Shown here one piece after another: positions 25,002 through 35,512 of a stretch of DNA of 64,000 nt. The number at the start of each line of letters is the position of its first letter. Position 1 is the first letter of the stretch. The translations under genes and the position numbers were made by a program. The stretch is from the sequence record MK250028.1; one strand, 5' to 3'. Below the pieces are notes generated by a model, which did not search any database, had not been told where the DNA came from, and saw only the letters and a list, made by a program, of their open reading frames with translations.

Positions 25002-26126
25002 ATGCCTAAGAAAGTTTAGTTTGAAGAATTTGAGTAGAGATTAAAAAATAAATTTGGTGATAAGTTTAAATATATTGATTTAAGTTTAATAGATAAAGAA
25101 AACTTTAATTATTTAGATAAGTATCCTATTAAATGTTTAATACATAATAAAATAGCATATAAAGAGCCGAAAATCTTTTTAAGATCTACAACATTAAATA
25201 TATGTAGTAAATGTCAAAGGGAATAGCAAGTTCGTGATTCACATAAAATGCATGAAGGTAAAGAAAGACATTATACATCAGTTGATGAATTTCTAGAGCG
25301 TTTATATTAGAAATATAAAGATAAAATAACTATTGATAAAAATGATATTTTATTAAATAAAAATGGTTCAGTAAATTTTTCATAGAAAATGAAATTTATA
25401 TGTCAAAAACATGGTGAATTTTATTGTAAACCATCCGATATATTTCGTTCAACTCATGGATGCTCAAAATGTGCTAATGAATATATGAAATTAAAAAATA
25501 TTCAATATGGTGAAGAACGAAGATAGTCATTTATAAATGATGCTATTAAAATTCATGGTAATCAATATGATTATTCAAAGGTTGATATAACAGGTAAACT
25601 AAAAAAAGTTGAAATTATATGTAAAGATCACGGTTCATTTTTTATGATGCCATCTTTACATTTAAGAGGTGAAGGTTGTAAACTTTGTAATAAAACAAAT
25701 TTATTAAATTGTGAACGACGTTTATATCAAATATTAATTGATAATTTTCCTAATGAAGAAATTATTAAATAGTATCATAACTTTTTAGGAAGACAAAGTT
25801 TAGATTTTTATTTTCCTAAATATAAAATAGGAATAGAATATCAAGGTAAGCAACATTTTGTTACTAGTGAATATTTACATAATGACACAAGGCATTCATT
25901 AAAACATTAGAAAGAACTTGATGAAAAGAAGTTCAATAAATGTAAAGAACATAATGTTACACTTTTATATTTTACATTTGATAAATAGTATGAAAATATT
26001 GAATATTACTCAAAACTATATGTAAATATAAAAGACTTAATTGAAAAAATACAATATATAATAAATAATTACAATGTTTGCGTTAATAGTAATACAGACA
26101 TTGAGCAACAAAAATTAAATACATAA
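25002..26126 (+). CDS. Free-standing homing endonuclease (zinc-ribbon repeats plus Vsr/EDxHD-like nuclease), TAG-recoded, 374 aa
   Basis: Missing from the track because of many in-frame TAG. Repeats CQKHGEF...GCSKC and CKDHGSF...GCKLC, then LDFYFPKYKIGIEYQGKQHF. TATAAATA at 24969-24976. Confidence 0.75.
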
Positions 26127-26132
26127 TAAATT

Positions 26133-29100
26133 ATGAGCAACAAAAAAGTAGTTGGAATTGATTTAGGTACTGGAAACAGTGCGGTAGCCATCATTGAGAA
26201 TGGCGTAGCTAAAGTAATTGAAAATGCAGATGGTTATAAGACAACTCCATCTGTTGTGTACATCAAGGGTGATGAAACAAAAATTGGTGCAGCCGCAAAA
26301 CGTGGTATGGTAATGAATCCAAAGAATACCATTTCATTTGTAAAGCGTTTTATGGGTGCTAAATGGGATGATCCTGATGTACAGAAGATGTTAAAGATGG
26401 TAACATATGATGTTATCGATGAAAATGGAAATCCTCGTCTTAAGATTGACGATAAAACATATTCACCAGAGCAAATTTCATCTATGATTCTTAAGAATAT
26501 GTATGAAGTTGCAAAGGGATTCTATGGAACAGAAGATTGTAAAGACGCTGTTATTACTGTTCCTGCATGGTTTAATGATATTCAGCGTAATGCTACAAAG
26601 GTAGCAGGTCAGTTGGCTGGTTTGAATGTTCTTCGTATTATTAATGAGCCAACTGCAGCAGTTCTTTCTTCAAATATTGATACAAAATCAGGAGACAAGA
26701 TTGTTCTTGTTAATGACCTCGGTTGTAAACATTCTGTTACTGCATCCGCGCTTGCTGCTTAATCACTAAAGCAAGTGTAAAGTTAAAAACCCGTTAATTG
26801 CTGAGAGTCCCACGTTAGATATATACTAATGATAAAAATGGTCTTAAATACCGCTATTAGATGGTGACATACTAATTAGCACCAACTTTAATGTGTTGGG
26901 TATGGTAAAAAGTTTAAGAATTGGGTGACCGCCGTAAATCTTAAAATATATTAAGATAGAGCATCCAAGTATCTTGGTAACAAGATAAAGGTTCAACGAC
27001 TAGAAAAAGTAATCCTATTAATTTAGGAAGAAATTTCCACGAATGCGGGTTAGTTTGGAAGTGGTACAAGTGATATAAGATAAATATTAAAAAGAATGTT
27101 TATCTTATGATTAATACAGAGTTCTTTGATTTATTGATTAAACATATACTTAAATTATATGATGAAAATAATAATGAAATTAAATTTAATGAAATAACAT
27201 ATAAATTTGAAAAACGAAAATTTTCATCAGTTACAAGTTTAGTTATATATGTAGATAATATATCACTAACATAGAAATAGTATCGTTCATATTTTATATT
27301 ATATAAATGTAGATGTGGTCGAGAACATAAAATATTATTACAAAAATATTTCTTAAAAAAGAAATTACATTGTATTAATTGCTGTTAGGATAGAAGTTTT
27401 GATGATTATGTAATAGCGTATTATAAAGGTAAAATTAAAGAAAATAAACAAATAATATTAAAAGAATTTGATGAATATGATGATTAGTTTAAAGAAAATT
27501 ATAAAAGAAATCATTTATCAAATGAAGAATTTAAAAAATATTTACCTTATATTTATAAAATTAATAATCATTTAATAACAGAAGATATATTAAATAATAT
27601 AGTATATTATTATACAGAACATGTTAATAATCAATTTAAATTTACTGTTAATATTTCTTTTGATAATGGTATTACAAAAGAACCTATAAAATAGTTATAT
27701 TTAAAATGTAATACATGTGGACGTATATTTAAAATACATACAAATAATATAAGATTACAAGATTTATCAAATATTCAATGTAGAAAATGTAAATTAGTAA
27801 ATACTACATATCCTATTAAAAAATATAAAAATACTAATATAACATATTAGTCAGGAATTGAAAAAGAATTTATTGATTTTTGCTTTTCTAATAATATTGA
27901 AATTGAAAATGGTAAAGAAATTATTTATGAATTTGATAATAAAGTAAGAACATATATAACAGATTTTTATTTACCATAGTTTAAATATATTATAGAACTT
28001 AAAGCTAAAAATAAGTTTTATAGAGATGATTTAAAATCTGGTAAAATTGAAGCAAAAAATAAGGTATGTATTGATTATTGTAATAAAAATAATTTAGAAT
28101 TTAAGTTTGTGTTTGATTATGAATTAAATGAATTTAATCAATAGCTTCTAAATGAAAGAGATAGTCTTGAGGAATGAAAGTTCCTCGGTAAGATAAAGAG
28201 CTTACAAAGTTAAATAGAAACAAATAGGGTACAGAGGATGTTTCTATTGTTGAGATTTCTGATGGTATGATTGAGGTTCTTGCATCTGATGGTGATGTGT
28301 TCCTTGGCGGTCAGAATTATGATAATGCCATTGTTCAGTGGCTTATCGATGAGTTTAAGAAAGATACAGGTATTGATTTGAGTAAGGATAAGATGGCATA
28401 TGCACGTCTTGTAGAGGCAGCAGAGAAAGCAAAGTGTGAGTTGTCAACTACTACTCAGACAGAGATTAACCTTCCTTATATTACTGTATCTGATGGTGTT
28501 CCTCAGATGTTGATTAAGACTCTTAATCGCGCTACATTTGAGAGACTTACAGAAGATCTTACAAATAAGGTTGTAGAGATTGCACATCGTGCTGTAGAGA
28601 AGGCAGGTATTACAGAGGATCAGATTAGTGAGATTCTTCTTGTTGGGGGCTCTTCACGTATTCCTTCAGTTCAGGATGCATTGGAGAAGTCATTTAACAA
28701 ACCTTTGAATAAGACCTGTAATTTTGATGAGGCTGTTGCACTTGGTGCTGCTATTCAGGCAAATACACTTGCAGGTAATGCAACAGAGGATTCAGTACTT
28801 CTTTTGGATGTTACACCAATTTCACTTGGTATTGAGGTAAATGGTTGTGAGATGGCTAAGTTGATTGAAGCTAATACAACTATTCCTACACGTAAGTCAC
28901 AGACATTTACAACTGCAGTAGATAATCAACCAGCTGTAACTATTAAGGTACTTCAGGGTGAACGTCCAATGTCCGCTGATAATAAGGTAATTGGTACATT
29001 TAATTTGGAGGGTATTGCACCAGCTCCTAAGGGTGTTCCTCAGATTGAAGTAACATTTGATATTAATGCGGATGGTATTCTTGAAGTAACTGCAAAGGAT

Positions 29101-29598
29101 AAGGGTACAAATAAGGAACAGAAGGTAACAATTCAGTCTCCTAACGCACTTTCTGATGAAGAGATTGCACGTATTAAGGCAGATGCTGAGAAGTTTGCAG
29201 AAGCAGATAAGAAGAAGAAAGAGGAAGTTGATAAGTTGAATACTGCAGAACAATATGCAACACAGGTTCAGAAGTATATTGATGATGAGAAAACAGGTGC
29301 ATCTGTTCCATCTGATAAGAAAGAAACATTGAAGACAAAGATTACTGCAGTTCTTGATGCAGTTTCTAAGAAGGATGTATCAGCAGCAGAGACTGCACGT
29401 GCAGATCTTGAAACTGTATTTAAACCTATTGTTGAGGAAATGTATAAGAATGCAGGTGGTGCAACAGCAGGTCAACCTCAGAATGAATCACAGGGAAATC
29501 CATTTGCTAATGCAGGATTTGGTGATGCAAATGCTTCAACTTCTGATACTAAGGCAGATGATGACGTTCAAGAGGCAGATTTTGAGGAAGTAAAGTAA
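26133..29598 (+). CDS. dnaK: DnaK (Hsp70) chaperone, spliced from exon 1 26133-26726 and exon 2 28228-29598
   Basis: GIDLGT, TVPAWF and RIINEPTAA in exon 1. Joining gives NDLGC|GTEDVSIVE, equivalent to the conserved DLGGGTFD. Exon 2 has LVGGSSRIP, LLDVTPISLG and ends EADFEEVK. Confidence 0.92.
26727..28227 (+). mobile_element. Group I intron in dnaK
   Basis: 5' splice U26726 pairs with G26742 in P1. P10: CATTCTGTTAC (26730-40) pairs with exon 2 start GTACAGAGGATG. P3 AACCCGT (26788-94)/GCGGGTT (27045-51). R GTTCAACGACTA (26991-27002). S/P7' TAGTC (28162-66). P9 GAGGAA/TTCCTC. Terminal G28227. Confidence 0.88.
27107..28177 (+). CDS. Intron-encoded endonuclease (zinc fingers plus PD-(D/E)xK/TnsA-like domain), TAG-recoded, 356 aa
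   Basis: ATG 27107 to TGA 28177 with eight in-frame TAG by my count. CRCG, CINC, CNTC and CRKC motifs, then YITDFYLP.FKYIIELKAK. Confidence 0.75.
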
Positions 29599-29782
29599 TA
29601 AAAATATAAGGTCTTGAAATATAGACCTTATTCTAAATAAGTTATATATATTATAACAATATACAATTTAGAAATAATGAAAACTATTAAAGGTGAGTAA
29701 AAGTATGTAAAGAAGGGACGTTATCATGAGAATTGTATAACGTCCCTTTTTATGTTTAAACATTAATTTATTTGATTTAAAT

Positions 29783-30871
29783 ATGACAAAAGACTTGTAT
29801 GATATATTAGGTATTGAGAAAGGTTGTAATGATCAGAAAAAGATTAAAACTGCATTTAGACAACTTTCTAAGAAATACCATCCAGATATGCAGAGAGGAA
29901 AATCAGATGCAGAGGTAAAGGAAGCTGAGGAAAAGTTTAAGGATGTTAACCATGCATATGAAGTTTTGAGTGATCCTCAAAAGAAAGAGAATTATGATAA
30001 TTTTGGTGATGAAAATGGAAGACCAAATCCATTTGGTGGTTCCGGTGGTTTTAATCCATTTGGTGGTGATTTTGATCCATTTGGAGGATTTAATCCATTT
30101 GGAGGATTTGGTGGAAGTTCACGTCAGAAGAAAAATCAGGTTCAACCAGGTAGGGATATTCAGATGAAGATTCCTGTATCTATTGAAGATATATTTAAGG
30201 GAGTTAAGAAGAGTGTTAAATTTAAGAGAAACGTAAGGTGTTCTGTATGTCATGGTGCAGGTGGAACTGGTCAGAAGACATGTCCAAAGTGTCATGGAAC
30301 TGGTAGAATTATTCATCAGCAGCAATTTGCAATGGGGTCATTCTCTATTCATGAAGAAGTTTGTCCATTGTGTCATGGAACTGGTTTTTATGTAGAGAAC
30401 AAATGTGATAAGTGTGGTGGTTCTGGATTTGATAAGAAAGAAGTAAAACTTGATATTGAATTACCATCTGGAGTACAGAATGGAGAATATCGTGTATATA
30501 GTGGTGAAGGATCCGAATCAAAGAATATTTCAGGACCTAATGGTAATTTTATCGCTATTGCAGATTATACGTTTGATACAGATAGGTATCAGGTTGATGG
30601 GTTGAATGTAGTTGAACATATTCATGTCCCTTATTATAAATTGTTGCTTGGCTGTTCATATACTCTTAATATTCCTTCTGGTGTAAGTAAGGTTGTTAAG
30701 TTGAAGAGTTGTATTAAGGAAGGAACAATTATGAGATTAACCGGCGAAGGACTTAAGAGGTCTGATGGCCAAAAGGGTGATTACTTCATTTGTGTTCATT
30801 ATCAATTTCCAGAAGACCTTAGTGCGAATGATAGAGCATTGCTTGAAGTTATAGAGAAAAACAATAAATAA
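29783..30871 (+). CDS. dnaJ: DnaJ (Hsp40) co-chaperone
   Basis: J domain with HPD, G/F-rich region, four CxxCxGxG repeats and a C-terminal domain. Confidence 0.95.
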   Translation: MTKDLYDILGIEKGCNDQKKIKTAFRQLSKKYHPDMQRGKSDAEVKEAEEKFKDVNHAYEVLSDPQKKENYDNFGDENGRPNPFGGSGGFNPFGGDFDPFGGFNPFGGFGGSSRQKKNQVQPGRDIQMKIPVSIEDIFKGVKKSVKFKRNVRCSVCHGAGGTGQKTCPKCHGTGRIIHQQQFAMGSFSIHEEVCPLCHGTGFYVENKCDKCGGSGFDKKEVKLDIELPSGVQNGEYRVYSGEGSESKNISGPNGNFIAIADYTFDTDRYQVDGLNVVEHIHVPYYKLLLGCSYTLNIPSGVSKVVKLKSCIKEGTIMRLTGEGLKRSDGQKGDYFICVHYQFPEDLSANDRALLEVIEKNNK

Positions 30872-30937
30872 TATTTATTAAAACAATTTAGCTATTTTTA
30901 TATATAAATAAAAATAGCTATTTTTATTTTGTAAACC

Positions 30938-31324
30938 ATGGAAGATTTTAGTAAAGTAGAAGGTATTAAGACTAAAGGTGGAAAACCTTATGTGTAGAAT
31001 AAAGAACTTATGAAAGAGATTGTACTTTCAAAGTAGAGAGATGAACTTACATATAACGCTGTTGTTATGCTTTAGTTAATTGCCGAAAATTTAGCAAAGA
31101 AAAAACATTATAAATGTCAAGAGGATAAAGAAGATTGCATACAAACAGCAATGATGGATGTTGCCATGTATTGGAGAAGCTTTGACCCTGAGAGATTTAA
31201 TAATCCATTTGCTTATTATACAAGTATGTTATGTAATGGATTATCAAAAGGATGGAATAAGATATATGGTAAATTTAAAGCATCTGAGATGACAAGTCTT
31301 GACAACAATATACATTCATTTTAA
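30938..31324 (+). CDS. gp55: T4 gp55-like late sigma factor with three in-frame TAG (30995, 31034, 31073)
   Basis: Read-through gives PYVQNKELMKEI...LIAENLAKK...SFDPERFNNPFAYYTSM, matching the T4 gp55 pattern YVNNKELL...LIAEGLSKR...NFDETKYKNPHAYIT. TATAAATA at 30903-30910. Absent from the ORF track. Confidence 0.8.
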
Positions 31325-31343
31325 AATTAAATAATATAAATTT

Positions 31344-31877
31344 ATGCCTGCATATGATAGTTATATTGCAGAACATGGAACTGCAATAAGTGATTTAACA
31401 TTGAAGAAAATGTTAGTTAATAAAAAAGATATTTAGGATAAAATTAATAATACATTTGCATATGAAGATACGCCAGCTGTAATTCCTGGTAAATCTATTG
31501 ATGATACAATAGATAAACAATTAGATTCTTTGAATGAAGATACTGGTATGAATTCATTGATTACACAAGCAGCAATGATGAAAGCAAAAAGCGAGACTGA
31601 TAAAAAAGAAGATTTAAAACAAAAAACAGAGCGACGTAAGAATTTCATTGAATCTATGATGTATCAGCAAGGTGAACTTTATTATCAACAACATCATTAT
31701 TTTATGGATGGTAAGACAAAACGTAGAGTTCGTAAAGCAGTTGAACGTGCATATGATAAAGGTAAGTATAATAAGAGCGGAATTTATTTTGAACAACCAC
31801 AAACAAAGACTATTATTAGAAAACCAAAGAATACTAATAAGGAACCAGTAAATATGCAAGATATGTTAAAGATGTAA
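31344..31877 (+). CDS. Hypothetical protein, TAG-recoded
   Basis: ATG 31344 is in frame with track ORF 31530-31877 across one TAG. Confidence 0.65.
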
Positions 31878-31904
31878 AAATAATATATATGCTCTATTAG
31901 ATAT

Positions 31905-32696
31905 TTGATTTCTGATAGAGCATTTAATTTATATATGGATAAAGATTTAGATACTATATTAAAAGAAAAGTTTGATATTTGTTATATATTAACTTTAAGT
32001 GATAGAGAAGATAGACGTAGTAGAATGCAATATCAATTTCATAAGATGTATTTAGATGATATAGATAGAAGTGATTTTTATCATTATCATTATACTACTA
32101 AATTTCCTTATAATAAGTTAATTGCAAATGCGTTTAATGAATCAGGTTTAGGTAGATTTACAAAACCTAATGAGTATGATTGTTCAAGGAATCATTATTC
32201 TATTGTAAAGGAATGTTATGATAGAGGATTTAATAATATTTTAATAATGGAAGATGATTTAAAATTCTTAAATAATAATCAGACTTTTACTAATTTTATT
32301 GATAATATTCCTGTAGATTATGATATACTTCAATTTGGAGGATTTACTACAGATCCAAAAGCAAAAGGTATATTAGAAAAATATAATGAGAATATTTATT
32401 GGGTAAAACATAGAGATATTGGTTTATGGAATGCGTCTATGTATGCTTTATCACGAAAAGGTATGGAATATTACATTGCATTTATGGATAAATTCTTTTG
32501 GGTTGCAGATGGACCATTATTTAAAGCTCCGATAAATGATAAGTTGGTAAATACATACGTTTCTACTATACCTTTAGTTATTCAGGAAAATAAAAATATT
32601 GTTTTATCAGATATAAGAAATAATGTGAATGATAAAATAGATTATCAGAATGACAATGTATATGAATCACAAGTTAAGTTATCAGACTACTATTAA
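31905..32696 (+). CDS. Glycosyltransferase family 25-like protein
   Basis: CYILTLSDREDRR start, CSRNHYSIVKE, ILIMEDD motif and ASMYALSRKG. Start codon uncertain. Confidence 0.7.
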   Translation: MISDRAFNLYMDKDLDTILKEKFDICYILTLSDREDRRSRMQYQFHKMYLDDIDRSDFYHYHYTTKFPYNKLIANAFNESGLGRFTKPNEYDCSRNHYSIVKECYDRGFNNILIMEDDLKFLNNNQTFTNFIDNIPVDYDILQFGGFTTDPKAKGILEKYNENIYWVKHRDIGLWNASMYALSRKGMEYYIAFMDKFFWVADGPLFKAPINDKLVNTYVSTIPLVIQENKNIVLSDIRNNVNDKIDYQNDNVYESQVKLSDYY

Positions 32697-32751
32697 AAAT
32701 TAATTTTTGATTTTTGTATAAATAAGAAAATAATTTTATATAATAATCTAA

Positions 32752-33117
32752 ATGACTATGATTAACATGTATGACGAGGCTAATATAGATTTAGAAGAAA
32801 TGATGTACCTTCAAGATGTTCAGGATGAAATAGAAGGTGATGAAGAACAAATTGAAGACGATGATATTTATGAAGATGATTATGATTTAACTTCTTCTTT
32901 TTTAGATAAACAATCTTTATTAAAAGATGATGAGCGTAGACATATAAAAGTTTTACATAAACCAACGGGAAAAATATTTTCTGGAAAGTTATATGGTAAA
33001 TGCGCTGGTATTCCTGATAAGTATGTATTTTCTATGCGAGAGGTGATAGATAATAAGGAAGTTGAGCCATTGAAGACTAAGATCTTTAAATTGTCAGATC
33101 TTGTGAAGAAAAAATAA
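32752..33117 (+). CDS. Hypothetical protein with an acidic N-terminus
   Basis: 121-aa ORF with TATAAATA at 32717-32724. Confidence 0.65.
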   Translation: MTMINMYDEANIDLEEMMYLQDVQDEIEGDEEQIEDDDIYEDDYDLTSSFLDKQSLLKDDERRHIKVLHKPTGKIFSGKLYGKCAGIPDKYVFSMREVIDNKEVEPLKTKIFKLSDLVKKK

Positions 33118-33150
33118 ATATCATAACTAAATTATTAATAAAGGAAACTA

Positions 33151-33333
33151 ATGGTAAAGAAAATGGCACCGCGACGGGTAAAGATTTGTCCAGGATGTCC
33201 CTCAAAAGGATTGGATTTTGATGTGACTCCACAATTTAATTTCGTTCCAGAGAAAAAACGAGATACTAAAAAAATTACAATTATCAGTGATGTAAAAAAT
33301 CATATTAAAGGAAAGATTTCATCATTGTTTTAA
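33151..33333 (+). CDS. Small hypothetical protein
   Basis: 60-aa ORF followed by a bidirectional terminator hairpin (ATAAGAGATTATAGT...ACTATAATCTCTTAT). Confidence 0.5.
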   Translation: MVKKMAPRRVKICPGCPSKGLDFDVTPQFNFVPEKKRDTKKITIISDVKNHIKGKISSLF

Positions 33334-33378
33334 TAAAATAAGAGATTATAGTTTTTTGTATACTATAATCTCTTATTT

Positions 33379-33825
33379 TTATAAATCTAAATCATATGTA
33401 TCTAAATTAATCATCTATAAATGTAATGTATCATGCTCTTTATCGAATTTCTATTCTATTTTCTTTATTCTTCCTTCAATTTGTGACCAATTTTTATTTG
33501 CATGATTTATTGTATCTACCATGTGATTAATTACATTTTTTTGTTTAACTACATCATGATGAATATGTTCTAAATCTCTATCCATATCCTATCCATTTTT
33601 GAATATAATGTTACCAGCACCTTTTAAATTACCGAATGCAGTAATAGCATTTATACCAATTAATGAGTTTTCATCAAAATAATATGCAACAGCTTGTTCA
33701 CCAGGGGATAAATGTTTTGACATTAAATTTTGATATGCTTCTTCATAACATACGAATGGATAACGGTTGTATGAATTTATATTTGATTTAGCTGTAGGTA
33801 ATATTTCGTATTGATTGTTATTCAT
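33379..33825 (-). CDS. TAG-recoded 148-aa protein sharing its N-terminal module with the 53930 protein
   Basis: Track ORF 33589-33825 extends through TAG codons to TAA 33379. Confidence 0.65.
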
Positions 33826-33897
33826 CTTAATTAAAACTAAACTTTATATATTTATTGAAAAACAATAAATAGAATAAAGGTTTAATATCATAAAATA

Positions 33898-34422
33898 ATG
33901 GAAAAAGATATTATATTAGCTAAAGGTAATATATAGAATGTGCTTAAACGAATAGGCGTATATAAAAGTAATTTATTTTGTATAGGTGAAGATGATATAA
34001 CAAAATCAGGTGTTATTGTATGTAACGGTGATATTATTTCTTCACGTATATTAGATATTACTATAAAGGCCGGTGGTGCAACTGGTAGTATGTTATCATA
34101 TAATTAGAATTATATTAATCATATAGATGTAAAATATGTTGATCCTAATGATAAAGATATAAAAACAATGTCATTTAATATACTTGATAATGATGCTTTA
34201 ATTGAAATTATTAAGTTTATCACAGAAAAATAGCAAGATAAAGAAAACATCGAAAAAATTGAGAAAAACTAGCTAATTTTTGATGAAAAACTTAAAAAAA
34301 TCTAGCAATTTTTAATCGAAAATAAAACACAGATAGAATGTATTGGAGAATTGAAAAACTAGATTTTAGATATGAATAATAAACTTGATGTTTTACTTAC
34401 AGAAAGAAGTTTAAGACATTAA
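33898..34422 (+). CDS. TAG-recoded 174-aa protein with a coiled-coil C-terminus
   Basis: ATG 33898 to TAA 34422 with several in-frame TAG. AATAAATA upstream. Confidence 0.65.
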
Positions 34423-34520
34423 TTTAATTTTACAATATAATTTATATGATGAAGAAATAGAATAATAAATTTGTATCATTTTATGATTATAAGAAAAGTA
34501 ATTCATTAAGATATAAATTA

Positions 34521-35390
34521 ATGAATGAAAATATAAAGTATAATTATGAATATACATCCTATAAGAATGAAATGATATAGTTATATGAAGAATATATAAA
34601 TAGATATTTTTTAAATACAAGTATATTTAATCCATATGATAATTATATTGATTCATTAAATGAAGGATTAATTATGTCATATAATTATGATATATTTGCA
34701 GAATATCTTGAGAAATATTCAGGTATAACGGTATTGGATATTAATTATGTTGATAATAATGATGCAGATACAAAAATGTTATATTTTATTACATATGAAG
34801 ATGAATATAATAAGTATAAAGATAAGTTAAAAACGTATATTAATAAATGCGGTTATTTTATTTCATTATTAAATAAGTATACATATCAAGGATTAAAGCT
34901 AGTAGATATATAGGTTGAACCAAAATTTATTGTGGAAGTAACATCAGGTATATATGATAAGTATGATTTAATATATGATAAAGAAAATGATGGTATTAAA
35001 AATAAATGTAATGGTATTTTATATCATATAACTTTGGATGCAAAATATAATAAAATAAAAGATAATGGGTTAATACCAAAATCAGGAAATAAAAAATCTA
35101 TTCATCCTGAAAGAATTTATTTTTATCCATCAAATCTTATAGATAAACCTGATATATCATTAATTTCACAAGCAAAATTTTTATATAAACCTAATGGAAA
35201 ATATATAAATTCTGTTATGAAATATGTAACGAAAAAAGGGTTAAAAATAGATATATTAAAAATTGATTTATATAAGTATCAAAATATAAAATATAGATTT
35301 TTTCAAGATCCTAATCATCCACAAGGAATATTTACATATGAACCTGTACATCCAGAATGTGTAGAATTATATAAATCATTTTATGTTTAA
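34521..35390 (+). CDS. TAG-recoded 289-aa protein with an ADP-ribosyltransferase/Tpt1(KptA)-like C-terminal domain
   Basis: Joins 34674-34913 and 34932-35390. LYHIT...KIKDNGLIPKS...RIYF is the typical YH-T...GL-P start of the ART fold. Confidence 0.55.
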
Positions 35391-35512
35391 AATATGAGTA
35401 AAGAAACAAATATACATTTGAAAGCAATAATATAGGTAATTATATTATTTTTAATTTTAGGAATAATATATTTTATAATAACTTTATAATTCAAAATTAA
35501 ATTTATTTAAGC

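Noticed and set aside
26727-28227. Intein or simple gene split in dnaK
   Set aside because: The insertion has stop codons in the dnaK frame (TAA at 26760) and lacks intein termini, while group I RNA elements are present.
30020-30115. Tandem AATCCATTTGG-like repeats
   Set aside because: They encode the normal G/F-rich NPFGG repeats of DnaJ. They are not a CRISPR array or a non-coding repeat.
28897-30325. Antisense or alternative-frame ORFs over dnaK and dnaJ (also 16865-17158, 17944-18282, 46115-46438, 47188-47518, 52299-52727)
   Set aside because: These are shadow ORFs of well-supported genes with biased codon usage.
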